Below, piece after piece: positions 13,566-25,920 of a DNA stretch of 64,000 bases. Both the position numbers and the translations under genes were made by a program. The stretch comes from Blepharisma stoltei ATCC 30299 (taxonomy: Eukaryota > Protista > Ciliophora). The notes under the pieces are model-generated. The model was not told the DNA's origin, did no database searches, and worked only from the letters and a program-made list of their open reading frames with translations. Every line of letters begins with the position of its first letter. Position 1 is the stretch's first letter. The stretch is taken from NCBI GenBank assembly GCA_965603825.1, contig CBFDEM010000052.1, forward strand, positions 124,001-188,000, given 5' to 3'.

Positions 13566-14669
13566 ATGCTGATTTACCTCAGTTTTTTATCTCTTTTTTT
13601 CTTAGTGAGTTCTTACCCAGACCCAAGAAAAGAAAAAATCTCAGCCTGCTTATTTCTCGTACACTTAAAAATCAGCACCGATAAAGATAGGTTCGAAAAA
13701 ATTTTCGTAGATGTCTCTCAAGACCAAAAAGAACGAGTCACTAATAAAGTTGTAGGCGAAATGGTGCTTAATTGTGTCCAAGACATAACACCTTATGTAA
13801 TAGATGAAATTCAATCAAGGTCCAATTCATTGACTTATAAGCGAGATTATGACAAATTGCTATCATACAATAAATATGATCTTTATGGAGAGGTAAAACT
13901 CACCCCTGAGCAAATGGAAATCATGAAAATTGCGTTTGAGCAGTCACAAGAAATGCTTAATGAACAATTTCCTGAAGAAGAGCTTGAAGATAATGATGAA
14001 TATAGGAAACAAAAATTATCAACATGTTTGACTCTTTCTAGATACAAAGTCCAAGAAGACGACCCTATTATCAAACAAATCTTGCAAAAAATGCCTAAAG
14101 ACCTTGAAGAAAAAATCACTAACAAAATAATTGGAGACATCTTGATGACCTGTATGGACAAAATGACAAATAAAATTTTGCTTGAATTATCAGAGACCTC
14201 CTCATATGCTGATCTTACCCCTGAGCACAAAAAACTACTAGAATGGGACAAAAAACAGTTCAAAAAAAATAAGGAAATTACTTTTACACAGAAACATTTT
14301 ACGCTATTTGAGGAGGTAACAGAAGTTCAAAAAGAGATGGAAAAAGAATATCAAGAAAAACTGGAAAAAGAAATAGCCAATCAAGAGAAAATGAGAAACC
14401 TAAAGCCGCCTGAGTTGGCAATAGAGGAAACTAATTTTCCAAGTGAGCTATTGATTGTAGGAGTTGTTTTATTGACTCTTTTAGGCTGTGGGTGCTATTT
14501 TGTTACAAGAGAAGGACGTGTAGAGGTAAGAGGAAAAGAAGAAAATAAAGAAGAAGACAAAGAGGAAAATCAAGAGGAAAATAAAGAAGAAGACAAAGAA
14601 GAAAAAAATGAAGAAGATAAAAAGGAAAATAAAAAAGGCTCGATAAATCAAAATAAAAAGAAAGATTAA
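13566..14669 (+). CDS. Type I membrane protein: signal peptide, two internal repeats, TM helix, acidic tail, C-terminal KKxx
   Basis: Hydrophobic N-terminus; repeats RKEKISAC..TNKVVGEMVLNC and RKQKLSTC..TNKIIGDILMTC; TM LLIVGVVLLTLLGCGCYFV; ends KKKD-TAA. Confidence 0.8.
   Translation: MLIYLSFLSLFFLVSSYPDPRKEKISACLFLVHLKISTDKDRFEKIFVDVSQDQKERVTNKVVGEMVLNCVQDITPYVIDEIQSRSNSLTYKRDYDKLLSYNKYDLYGEVKLTPEQMEIMKIAFEQSQEMLNEQFPEEELEDNDEYRKQKLSTCLTLSRYKVQEDDPIIKQILQKMPKDLEEKITNKIIGDILMTCMDKMTNKILLELSETSSYADLTPEHKKLLEWDKKQFKKNKEITFTQKHFTLFEEVTEVQKEMEKEYQEKLEKEIANQEKMRNLKPPELAIEETNFPSELLIVGVVLLTLLGCGCYFVTREGRVEVRGKEENKEEDKEENQEENKEEDKEEKNEEDKKENKKGSINQNKKKD
14534..14632 (+). repeat. Coding low-complexity purine-rich 12-nt repeat (KEEN/KEED units)
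   Basis: aaagaagaaaat / aaagaagaagac units repeated imperfectly. Confidence 0.7.
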
Positions 14670-14779
14670 GATAATTCGGATATCTTGATTATTTATAAGA
14701 CTATCAAATATAACATTATCAAATTAAGCCAAAAAGCATAATTAAATGATATACAATCTTCAAAATATTAAGTAAGTAA

Positions 14780-16057
14780 TTACTGTGGAGAAGAGTCGCT
14801 AGGATCAGACTCATCCGTATTTTCCCTCACTTCATGCTCGATTTCAGGAATTTCCGCTTCCTCCGCTTTGCTGCACGACCCAAAGCATGAAAACAAGCTT
14901 CAGCTTTTTTTGACAGAAATTGCCATCACGCTTCTCCCACACTGAACCATCAAGCTTGATCCAATATCTAAAAATATCGGTTTTTTTATCTGTACCAGCG
15001 TCCCAAACTTGCTTTCATTATCTTCTAACACCAAATTGTTCTTAATAAGCCTTATAGTAGCATGGTTTCTTGACACTGAAATATCAGTTATCCTGATATC
15101 AGCATCATGTCCTCTGCCTAGACGAATATTATTTTTATTAGTCATCGCTATCACATGTATAGTCCTTAAATTGCTCCTATCTTTATTCAGATTTTCCAGC
15201 ACAATATAGTTAGACTGAGGTTTTTCGAACCCTAAAAGGTCATGGGTCACTCCTTTTACGATCAGTTTATCTGGGTATTTCATCTTGCAGAGCTCACATT
15301 CGAGTGTTTTCCAAGAATACGACTTGGAATTGTTGATTTCTCTGGTCGTCACTTTGCTGGTTAATCAGTGACGTAGACAGTTTAAATGAATTTGTGCCAT
15401 TGTTCCTGAGCATTTACAAGGGGTTATAAGAGGGTCTTCTTCTGAGGCAGTTTCCATAAGGCAAATTCTGCACTGTGCCTTTTCGTTTAGACTGTTTAAA
15501 CACTGGCTGCTGCCTTCAGACGCGACGTCGACATTTAAAGGCTCTTCAGTAAGGACAGTTCTTTTGCGGCTGCCTAGACCTCCATTGCAGATTTGAGGAC
15601 ATCTGAGCTCTGACTGGGTGTTTTCACTGGTTTCTTTGGAGCCATTTATTTCGTTGATTCTTAATACAACTCTTCCGATGCGAATTATATCGCCTTCTGA
15701 TAGCTTATAGCCCTTTTGACCTTTGTAACCTTTAATTCCGCTGACCACGAGTCACATTTTTTCGAAAGTTTGGTTTGTTTCTTTGTGGTTTTGGTAGGGG
15801 CGATTTAGTACAAAATTTGAGCCCGTTTGTGTGAGCATGGCCAGGACCTTGGAATTTTCTTCAGGTAATTTGGGCTCACCTTCTATATTATCTGCAGTAA
15901 TTTGGTCTTGTGTGCGAATTATTCAGCAGGGGCCGGTGGCTTTGAAGCTTTTTTTTACTAAATTTTTAGTTTCGTAGTCAAAGAGACCATGGGAATCTCG
16001 ATTCCAAGTAGAAACTTGAAATTCAACGCTATCTAATGGATACCTTATGTTTGACAT
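14780..16057 (-). CDS. FHA - RINGv (RING-CH) - FHA E3 ubiquitin ligase
   Basis: ATG 16057; N-terminal TWNRDSHGLFDYE; LSEGDIIRIGR; CRIC..PCKCSGTMAQIHLNCLRH(W=TGA)..CELCK; FHA LGRGHDADIRITDISVSRNHA..SKFGT; TAA at 14780-14782. Confidence 0.9.
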
Positions 16058-16139
16058 ATTTGAAGAAAAGACCAATAAAGTTTATAAATAAATTTATGTC
16101 AACAATTAATTCAAAAATTTTTATATTGTTATAATTATA

Positions 16140-17756
16140 ATGAAACAAGCTCGACTAAAGCCAAAGCAAGGCTCAATAAGAAATCCAAAATCCTCAGTGA
16201 ACAAAGAGGTTCCGCTTGTTCACAAAGTAGACTTTCAAACGTCCCAACCAATTAAAAAACACTGCCCTCAGTCAGCGAGATCAGATTTTCAAAATCCTTT
16301 ATCAATGCAAAAATTCCCTAAAAAGGCTGATAATAGCTTAGGGCCACCAAATAGAATTCACGACCAAGAAGTTATCCAAAGCAATCCTTGTTTTGGAGAG
16401 GCTTCTCAAGATGGAAAAGAATTTGTAGAGTCAAGCCCATATTCGTCTGATGCAAGCCAAAAATCTTCAGAAAATTCAGAAGCTGGCCTTAAAATGGCAG
16501 CTTTCCCTGAGATAATAGAAGAAATCTCAGAAATTGTTGAAAACAATGCTAAGCCTCAAAAACTTGTAGAGAGAAAAAATAAATCGCCAGTAGCCAAAAA
16601 TGCAGCGTTCAAGCCTTTAAATTTGCAAAAAGACTCCAAAGATAAAGAAAAGGATTCAAATTATGAAGAGATCCACCAAAAAGAAGCTGAAATTAAAGTA
16701 GAAAATTCAAAATTTTCGGAATTAAGCTCAAAAACTCTTCAGCTCGTAAAGAAAGATTCAAAAAATCCTGATAAATACCAACAATCCCTTCAAATTAGAA
16801 GCCAGCATCAAAAAATTCTAGATTACGTGGATCCGTCAAAAATTCCAGATAAAATCGATAGCATCCCTATGACTGAGTCAGTAGAAGTTGACAACATTGA
16901 AGATCTCTCCAAACCTCAAATCATAATTTCTATCAAACCTTTAAATTTTGAGATGAACTCAGAAAAATACCCAGAAACTGTAACCCCTTACTGAATTCCG
17001 ATAGATGAAATGAAACAAATATCGATCTATAGCAAAAGTTTTCAGAGGAATGTTGAAGAACTTAAAAACAGAGGATTTATTGGCTGAAAAAGAAGCAGGG
17101 GAGATGGAAATTGCTACTATCGAGCAATTATGAATAATTATGTTCGGCTGATTTTTGAAGTTCATAGGAGTGTTCACTTTGCAACTAGGTTTCTCACGCT
17201 AATTGAAAATATCACTATAGACCGACCTGGTTTCAGTGAAAGAAAAAAAATATTTATCAATATTATTGATTATTTGAGGAGAATCAAAGCGCTTAACCCT
17301 ATTCAAGCTTTTGTTGAATTTAATAAGTTTACTCAAGATCAAGAATTCGATAAGCTGAACTTTGAAATAGGCAGAGCAATAGCAGCCCAAACCTTAATTG
17401 ACAAAAAAGACGACCCGCTTTACCAACCTTTTATATTTGAGGATCTCGATTTTCTTATTGAAGAAATTTTAAAGCACGGAGAAGAAGCAGGAGATCTAGC
17501 ACTAATGATGCTACCATTAGGCTTAAATATACAAATACAAATATTTAGCTTTTTTGACAGAGAATTAGCTCTCACAAAATATCCTGAAGAATTTAAGGAG
17601 ACAGCAGAAAGCCTTCCCCCAATTTGTGTAGTAAGAAGAAGCGGGCATTATGATATTTTATGTTCAAACAAGGAACTGGACGGCAATATGTATGATTTTA
17701 ATACAGGCTGTTATAGCTTTATTATTGAAAATAATAAGAAACTGCAGGCGGTATAA
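16140..17756 (+). CDS. Otubain-like deubiquitinase (OTU, peptidase C65) with long low-complexity N-terminus
   Basis: Reading through two TGAs reveals the catalytic Cys motif RSRGDGNCYYRA (about 17093-17128); His motif RRSGHYDIL near the C-terminus. Confidence 0.88.
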
Positions 17757-17844
17757 TGATAATTTAGAAATAATTTAAAATTTATGGTCTTTAAACTGAA
17801 GCAAAACTTTTAATAATCATAATAAGTAAATAAATACTTTATAA

Positions 17845-19647
17845 ATGGCGGTCTGTGACTCTAGTGATCTATGAATTGCATGTGTTAAACAAACTATCAC
17901 AAAAACTCAGCATTTGCCATCTAGAAAATTACTAGAAATTTACCAATATAAATTCCAGCACCCAAGCGTTTACCAAGCCATCAGCGAATTTTACAATGTC
18001 TATACGCGTCGAATTTCTGAACAAGAAAGCTTAGAAGATTCAAGCTCTGAAGAGCAGCTAAATCTCCTTGACCGATATTTAGAAAATATCATAAACTCGC
18101 TGTATAAGCTATCTAATTCTACAAACGAAGAAATTTTCAAAGATATGGCTCTGATAACAAGGACAATTCAAGCTTTTCTTGTCACTCAAAATCCCTCGAC
18201 AAGCCTAATTCATTTAATCAAAGAATATTCTGGCTATAAAGACGACTTTTCTAACTATTATTTTGACAGGAAAAATTACTTAAAAGTCATTTTTGAGTGC
18301 ATTAAAAGAGGAGACCTAGAAACTGCAAGAATAATTATAAGCAAACACCCAGAAATCCAGCAAAATGCTAGAAAAGAGGTAAGCCGGGCCACAAAAGAAT
18401 TTTTCTCACTAATTGACAGATGCTTGAACCCAGCCTCAAGAATATATGGGAACCAATTTGGGACAAAAGACCAGAATGAATTTTTGAATAATTTTCAAGC
18501 CATTTTGAGAGAATCGAGAATTTTGTTGAAAAATACTCTGGAAGGGGCAGAAAAAAGTGACTTAAAAAATGAGCTGCTGCCTTTAATAAAAATTTTGGCT
18601 GGGGATAAAGAAGCATTTATGGCGACAAAGCCGAACTGGATTGAATATGTAGGCTATTTTAATTTTTTTATGCAAGGTACCATATATTCTCCAGAAGATC
18701 TGTTATCAGACCTAAAAGACTCAAAATTCAATATCCAAGGCATCCCTGACGAAATATTATTGAAAATAATCTGCACCAATAATATGCATGATGTCGCCCA
18801 AACCTGCAGCGAATGATTTCCTTCCTATTTTATGGCTCACATAATAGAAGTCCTCGTCATAATCGACAAACTTCCTAAAGAACAATTAGAAGAATTCGAC
18901 AATTTAAACTACGCTGAGCATTATTTCTATCATTTCATATTAGGAATTTTGAGTGACCCTAATATCTCATTCAAAATTCCTTTAGAGTACTTATTAAATA
19001 ACATTGGGTTTTTTCCTGATTTGTCATCTATGATAGAGACCGCCATTTTGTATAGAATTAATAAAGAAAACCCTAAAGAAATCATCAGTTATTTGAAAGA
19101 AAAAAAAATTGAGGATGTATTGTCAGTTTATTATAAGGTCAAGGCTATGCAATGTTTAGGGAATAAAGACTTGATATCGGCGTTGACCTGGAGCTATAAT
19201 ACAAATGACCAAGATTTAAAAGCAATTGTGGAGCATCATATTATAAACTTTACTTTATATCAAAATACAAGAGATATTGAATTATTTTTATCAGAAATAA
19301 TTCCTGAGGTAAAAAACAGTTCTTCTGTAGTAAACTTTTTAGAACAATATACCAAATTTTGCCAAGCTATTTTAGATAATAATTTAGATGACGCAGCCAC
19401 AAAAATGATCGATTTTTTTGTCTTGGAAACTGCCCCAGAAGAATTTTTCCCAAGGATTTTCGAGAATGGTTTTGAGATTTTGCAGAGAGGGATCATTATA
19501 AACCAGCAAAGCTTATTTTCAATTTTAAGGGTTTATGAGAAGCTTGCAAGCGGACAAATTGTAGGTGAAAACATCACAAAAGAATTTTTAGAAGATTTAA
19601 ATGCAGCATTGGGGAGATGCGCGGTTTTATCTTTATCTAGAAGTTAA
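17845..19647 (+). CDS. Nup85-like nucleoporin (helical solenoid)
   Basis: ATG 17845, one frame through TGAs. Segments IKRGDLETARIII, LIKILAGDKEA..NWIEY and (W)FPSYFMAHIIEVL resemble conserved Nup85 blocks; about 600 aa. Confidence 0.6.
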
Positions 19648-20056
19648 GGTTAAATATATATCGATAAGTAAGTTTGATAGAAAATATGATAATAAGGTAG
19701 GCCAAAAAAATATATAAGTAAAGAACAGTAGATTTAACAGTGTTTTTCAAAAGTTTTGAAATTTTAATGACAACTAAAATAGGTTAATTGCTTTAGAATA
19801 TATATATAATTTAGCGTTATTTACCTATAAAAATTTTAGCTTGCTTTCAATTGAAAAATTAATCTATAAAGGTAAATCTTTATCGCCAACGAAAAATTAT
19901 CATTTTTAACTTGGCAATTTTAAAAATGAATCATTTTATATATGGAGGATTTGAGTCCATCTTTCTTATTTTGTCGATTTTCAGCTAGGTGGTGGCGAAA
20001 AATCTCATATCTGTTTAAAATAAAAATTTGAAATATTTAAAATTTAAATAAACTTG

Positions 20057-20284
20057 CTATACAGGCTCATTTGATTTTGAAACATAATTTAAAGCATCTG
20101 GCTCTGTTATTCTCGTCAGTTGCCTTCTTTTATAGAGATCGTTATCATCCAGTCTTAGTATTGGGGCTCTCCGTGCTTTATTAACCAAAATTTGTCTTTT
20201 CATCGCTTTAATTTTCGTCGCTTCATCACTTTCTGACTTGGTGTCTTGTAATTTTATGGATTGTTTGGTAATACAGAGTCCCAT
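20057..20284 (-). CDS. Small hypothetical protein with MGLC acylation motif
   Basis: 75-aa ATG..TAG ORF in otherwise AT-rich intergenic sequence. Confidence 0.6.
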   Translation of the reverse strand: MGLCITKQSIKLQDTKSESDEATKIKAMKRQILVNKARRAPILRLDDNDLYKRRQLTRITEPDALNYVSKSNEPV

Positions 20285-20674
20285 ATTTTTATTGAAACTT
20301 ACATAAGCATTCTCGAAAAGAAAAGATTAAGTCGAAATCGCCTCAATATTTTAAGGTTTCTGGCATAAATTTGGTAATAATAAGAAAGGAAAATAGGTAA
20401 ATTTTAGTGATAAGTTAAAAAAAATAGTTTTAGGGTTAAATTTAGAATATTGATTTTATAATAGCAAAAATGATAATCTCTGCTGAAACACAAAGAAGAC
20501 TTTCAAAGCTTTCTACAAAGGATTTTCGTCATTTTCGATAATGCAGATGATTTGATTGATTTATTTTCAACCATATTTAGCTTCGACTTGTGAAGATATC
20601 CTTGGTAATATGCATATATTCAAATAATATCATAAAAAGGAATTTCCAACTAAAATTATTTTAATCTTACAATT

Positions 20675-22048
20675 ATGTATTGGAGCCTTTTTATATTGCA
20701 TTTAACTTCAGCTTCAATTTCAATTGACATAGAAAAAATCCACAAACCAATAGACGAGCTTTTGCTGGACTATAAAGAATCCAATGAAAAATTGCAAAGA
20801 ATCTCTAATCAAGATCTTTTGCGCTCACCAAAAAGTTACATTACAAATCACCTAAATGTAAAAATCATATAGACTCAATATTACGGCAAAGTTCACATTG
20901 GAACCCCTTCATCTACATTTAAAGTTCTTTTTGACACTGGAAGTTCTTGGCTTTGGGTCACAAGCAAGGGTTGTGAATTCTGCCACGAGTGCAAGCAATT
21001 TGACTATGAGGAATCATCCAGCTATATTTCGAACGATACTTATATTACTTTAGATTATGGCCAAAGCTCAGCATATGGAGTAGTTAGCACCGAAAGAGTG
21101 AGGATTGGCGATAATACCGCATTACAAGCCATTGACCAATATTTTGTCTTAGCTGTCTTCGACATCGAGTTCGAAAATCTTCATGCAGATGGTATTTTAG
21201 GCTTAGCGTTCTCAGGGCTCAGCAAAGGAACCAGTCCTTTAATCCAAACTCTTAGAAGACAAGGAGTGATCCGAAATGCTAGATTTTCTATATACTTAAA
21301 TGATAATGATTTCGAGGAAGAAGACGTCAGCCCACGCTCTGCTATGATCATTGATGGGTTTGATCTCCATAAATACTCAACAGTAACAAAATTCACTTAT
21401 ATAGACCTAGTAAAAGGCTACCACTGGGAAGTTCCTTTATCATCACTCAATTTCGGCTCAAACACAATTGCAAAAAAAGAAACAGCAATTATCTCAACCG
21501 GAGAAAGCTTATTGCTTGGCCCAAAATCTGATGTAGCAGCAATTTATAATACTCTCCAGAAAAGCTTTGGCTGTTATAATGGACCTTTTGGGTTTTTAGA
21601 ATGCCCTTGCAACACCAAAAAACTATCAAATTATTTCCCTGACTTGACTTTTTACCTTGGAAATTACCCATTTGCAGTCCCAGGAAAAACTTATGTATTA
21701 GCGGCAAACGATACTTGCCAAATTTTAATTCAGCCGATTGATTCAACGTATTGGGTATTAGGTGACGTTTTTATCAGAAATTGGTATATAAATTTTGACA
21801 TGGATAAAGCCAGAATTGGTTTTGCCAAAGCAAAACCATCAGGGAAAAAAGCAGACGAAGAAGCACATTATGACTGACTTTTGATTTTGATAGTGGTCGG
21901 GTCTTGTGTTGTAGTCATCAGCAATGCAATTGGATGCTATATTTATTGCAGAAATAGAAGAAAAGGTGCAGCATTTACTCAAATCGGAGGACTGCTTCCA
22001 GAGCACAATATAGAAGAGGAAAAAGAGGACGAAATGCCTAAATTTTAA
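20675..22048 (+). CDS. Pepsin-family (A1) aspartic protease homolog, membrane-anchored, second catalytic Asp lost; 15-nt intron 20858-20872
   Basis: Splicing yields NTQYYGKVHIGTP..FDTGSSWLWV; DGILGLAF; second site reads IISTGES; WVLGDVFIRNWYINFD; TM after TGA 21875; TAA 22046-22048. Confidence 0.9.
20858..20872 (+). other. 15-nt spliceosomal intron
   Basis: GTAAAAATCATATAG; removal deletes an in-frame TAG and restores the N-x-Q-Y-Y-G motif; A at position 10. Confidence 0.9.
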
Positions 22049-22258
22049 TCCCTCATTCATAAAACTTGATAAAATGTCTTCATAAATCGTCTTTGTCAGC
22101 GCTCACGATTATAATTCCCTAAAAACCTCCCCATCCTGTTTAAAATTATTTTTAATTTCGTTTCCCTTTTTAATTAAATTTCTAAAAATTCCAAACAAAG
22201 ATGAGTAGGTGACATTTATGTTTGGATAAAATGCTGAAAATAATAGCCATAATTTAAA

Positions 22259-22690
22259 ATGAAAGTCATCGCTTTATTACTTTCACTTGCTGCCGTCGCA
22301 TCTGCAGGAGGCGTTGTCAGAGACATGCTAGGAGGTAACACAGGCTCTAACTGTGACCAAAGCCTTCAAACCTATAATGTTAACAAGTTTGTAGTCACAC
22401 CTTGGCCACCTTCAAAGAATGAATGGCTTAATTTATCAATGAATGGGACTATGACTGCTCCAGTCACACTGAAAGGGATGGGAATTTTTGTCACATTTAA
22501 TGGGCTTAACTTTTATCAAGAAACTATCCCAGAAGACGGGTCTTATAATGCAGGACAATACTATGCATTAGCCTTTAAAGCATACTTGCCTAGCATTGCG
22601 CCGAATGGAAAGTATGGGGTTGACGTCAAAATGGTAAGCACAACTGGGGCTTTCTTAAATTGCTGGGGAGTCACTTTTACCTTGAGCTAA
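22259..22690 (+). CDS. ML-domain (NPC2/MD-2-like) lipid-binding protein
   Basis: Signal peptide, C..VTPWPP, LPSIAPNGKYGVDVKM..LNC pattern; 143 aa. Confidence 0.8.
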   Translation: MKVIALLLSLAAVASAGGVVRDMLGGNTGSNCDQSLQTYNVNKFVVTPWPPSKNEWLNLSMNGTMTAPVTLKGMGIFVTFNGLNFYQETIPEDGSYNAGQYYALAFKAYLPSIAPNGKYGVDVKMVSTTGAFLNCWGVTFTLS

Positions 22691-23543
22691 ATAAGAAAAT
22701 TTAATAAAAATCCTCTCCCACATTTTTCTAATATGGTTTTTTAATTTTTCGACAACTATTAAAGATAAAAAATTAAGTGACCATATTTTGGTTTTAGTTT
22801 TTAGATAAGAGTATTTATGTAAGAAAGAGGCTATTTTAGAAGAATTAGAGGAATTAAGAGTGCAATGGGAGATTTTTATTGAGAGAATAGATTGAGAATA
22901 ATAGAAATTTGCAAAATATTTAATAGGATTTTTATTATGAATTAGGTAATTTTGTAATAATCGACATGAGAAAATTCCATTTTAATAGAAGTCTAAAAGG
23001 AAAACTGAAGCAAAGTAAAAGCATTTATCAATAAATGATATTTAGATATGGGAGAGCTTATAATTCTGGTATAAGCAGCTGATATAGCCCAAAAAGCAGG
23101 AGCTAGTAAAAAAATTTCTAATTAATTCTCCTAGAATTTGTTGAAATAATCTCAATTAGTATAAATTGTGGAATAATCTTATTTATTAGCACTAAATCCT
23201 TTTTATATCTTTATTTTCAGTCTAATTATTAGAATTTCTCATCGATTAATTAATTTGATAAATACACTTTAACAATTAACCTTCATCGCTAATTATAAAG
23301 TGCTTTTCAGCAGTCTTATAATGATATAGCCAAGCCAAAACTTGTCTTTCGTTATTCTTCCACTAATCTATTCACTAATTTTTCTCCTCAAAAACTTAAT
23401 CTTTTCATTTCGTATCAAAACTTTTAAAATAAATCAAATTTTCCTAAAACAAATCTATTATAATATAAATAAATATTTTTTGCCTAACCAATCTAATAAT
23501 TACTGCTATTATTCTAATATTATCCAGCATATTTATTTTTACA

Positions 23544-24911
23544 ATGCACTGGAACATTCTTCTGGCTACTGTCGTTTTAGCTTCAGTCTCTATCGACATT
23601 AAGAAAGTAAAGAAATCTTCCCAAGAGACCTTTGACGATCTTAAAGAATTTAGTATGCATATTCGCAATTCAAGCTTATACAAATCAAACGGAGCCGCAA
23701 AAAGCGAAATTACGAATTATGTGAATGTAGGTTTTATTTAGGCCCAATATTTTGGAGAAATACAAATTGGGACTCCTCCAGTCTCTTTTAAGATGATTTT
23801 TGATACCGGAAGCTCTTGGCTGTGGGTTGTGGGTAAAGGCTGTGAGCTTTGTCATGAATCCAAGCAGTTTGATGAGTTAAAGTCGACAAGCTATAGCTCA
23901 AATGATGAGGAAATTATTTTGAGCTATGGGCAAGGAACTGCATTTGGGCTAGTAAGTACTGATAATGTTTTTATTGGGGATAATACAGATTTGAAAGCCA
24001 TGAATCAATATTTCGTTCTCGTTGTACAAGATATGGATTTTGATAATCTAGAAGCAGATGGGATTCTTGGCCTAGGGTTTTCTGGTCTTAGTAATAACAA
24101 AAGTCCTTTAATTCAGACCCTTAAAGAGCAAGGAGTAATCCGCAATGCAAATTTCGCAATTTATTTAAATGACGCTGGATTTGAAGAAAATGATGACGAT
24201 ATTGAACCCAAATCAAATATGATGATAGATGGATATAACTTAGGAAAATACTCAACTGAGAAAAAATTCAAATATGTAGACTTAGTTTCAGCGCTCTACT
24301 GGGAAGTAGAAATTTCTAATATAAATTTCAATGGGACCGTAGTTAATAATATGACTGATACAACTGCTATTATTGATACTGGGACTAGCCTATTATTAGC
24401 TCCATTTGAAGATTTTGAGAAAATTTCTAGCTATTTTCAGGAGAAATTTCAGTGTTTTGATTTTTTTGGATTTTTGTTTTGCCCATGTGAAACAATAGAA
24501 CAAAAAGACGAATATCCAAGCCTTGAATTTAATTTAGGAGATCATGCCTTTGAAATCCCTCCAAGCTCCTATTTTATGCAAATAAATGAAACTTGCTTTA
24601 CCCTATTAATGCCTTTTGAAGCTCCGTTTTGGGTTTTAGGTGATGTTTTTATAAGGAACTACTACATTCAATTTGATATGGAAAAGTCAAGAGTTGGGCT
24701 TGCAAAAGCAGTGACTGCCAAAAATCCTAAAGAAGATGCCCATTATGGATGGATTAGCTTATTAGTGATTATCCTCATTGTTGTTATAATTGTTACTTTA
24801 GGAGTGCTATTTGAAAGGAAAATGAGTCATGGAGAACAAAAAGATGCGCCACTATTGACTGAGCAGCCAAAAACCCAGGCACAAAGGGCATCTGAAGAAG
24901 CGAGACTTTAG
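23544..24911 (+). CDS. Pepsin-family (A1) aspartic protease, membrane-anchored; 15-nt intron 23727-23741
   Basis: Spliced NAQYFGEIQIGTP; both catalytic motifs FDTGSS and IIDTGTS; WVLGDVFIR; C-terminal TM. Confidence 0.95.
23727..23741 (+). other. 15-nt spliceosomal intron
   Basis: GTAGGTTTTATTTAG, at the same codon position as the intron in the paralog; removes an in-frame TAG. Confidence 0.9.
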
Positions 24912-24923
24912 ATTAATTTTAGG

Positions 24924-25775
24924 TTAATTAGGGTTAAGTGCTCGAAAAATTCGTATAAAAAGTAAGGGAAGCTCATGTCTCATTAAATCATGAATTTCAC
25001 AGTTCAATAAATTTCCTGAAGGAAAATCTACCTTTATTGGCTTATAGCGGATACCTCTATTAAAAGGTTCTATATTAAAAATGTATTCTGCATTGTTTTT
25101 TCTACCTTGGCAAGTAAAAGAATTGCCTTCACATTCAACATTTACGTTTAAAATCGATGAATATACCTTGTTGATTTCTTTGATTTCTTCATTTTTCTTA
25201 TTTAAACCTTCTAGGCTGGCTTCTATATTATTGTTGAATTCGTTTAAATTGTCTTGCAGACTTTTTTCTTCTATTTTTTCTTGCTTAATCTCATTTTCAG
25301 CTTGAACATTTATATTTTCCAGCTCTTTTTCTAAGTCTCTTAGCTTTCTCTGTAACGAGACATTATCAGCTTTTAAATTTTCTATATCAATATCTGTAGG
25401 TGCCATCGAATGAATCCCAAGTTTTGACTTTACACAATCTAAAGTCTCTCTATATCCATTTTTAAAATTTTTTATCGTTTGGGTCAGACTTTCTTCTGTA
25501 CTGCAGGAAAGTGTATCTATTTCAATAAAGCAAGGATTTTGGTAATTTTCTTTTGGAGCTGTAGGCAATTCAGCAATTTCTTGAGACTCTCTAGGGGTTA
25601 TAACAAACTCAACTCTCCCTCCAAATGAAACGCGCTTATCTTCTTTTTTCCTAATTTTTATGTTGGATTTTTTTTCTGAGGAACTTTTGTAAGTGTTTGA
25701 TTCTTCATTTTCTTCAGAAATTATTGGGGAAAGGCTATGAGCAGTATTAAAGATTGTCTTGTTGAATTCTTCCAT
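24924..25775 (-). CDS. Coiled-coil protein with RVxF motif and possible C-terminal RWD (Csm1/Spc24-25-like) domain
   Basis: 283-aa ORF; KRVSF; heptad region; beta-rich then helical C-terminus. Domain call tentative. Confidence 0.55.
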   Translation of the reverse strand: MEEFNKTIFNTAHSLSPIISEENEESNTYKSSSEKKSNIKIRKKEDKRVSFGGRVEFVITPRESQEIAELPTAPKENYQNPCFIEIDTLSCSTEESLTQTIKNFKNGYRETLDCVKSKLGIHSMAPTDIDIENLKADNVSLQRKLRDLEKELENINVQAENEIKQEKIEEKSLQDNLNEFNNNIEASLEGLNKKNEEIKEINKVYSSILNVNVECEGNSFTCQGRKNNAEYIFNIEPFNRGIRYKPIKVDFPSGNLLNCEIHDLMRHELPLLFIRIFRALNPN

Positions 25776-25920
25776 TTATAAATGCTAAACTCAACTCTAT
25801 TAATTTATCCTAATTAAAGCGCCATAAAGCTGCTCTTATCATTTTCACTAATTTTTATTTATTTTTTGCAAATTTTAAAATCTAAATTAAATAAAGATAG
25901 TCGGAAAAAATTAAAAAGAC

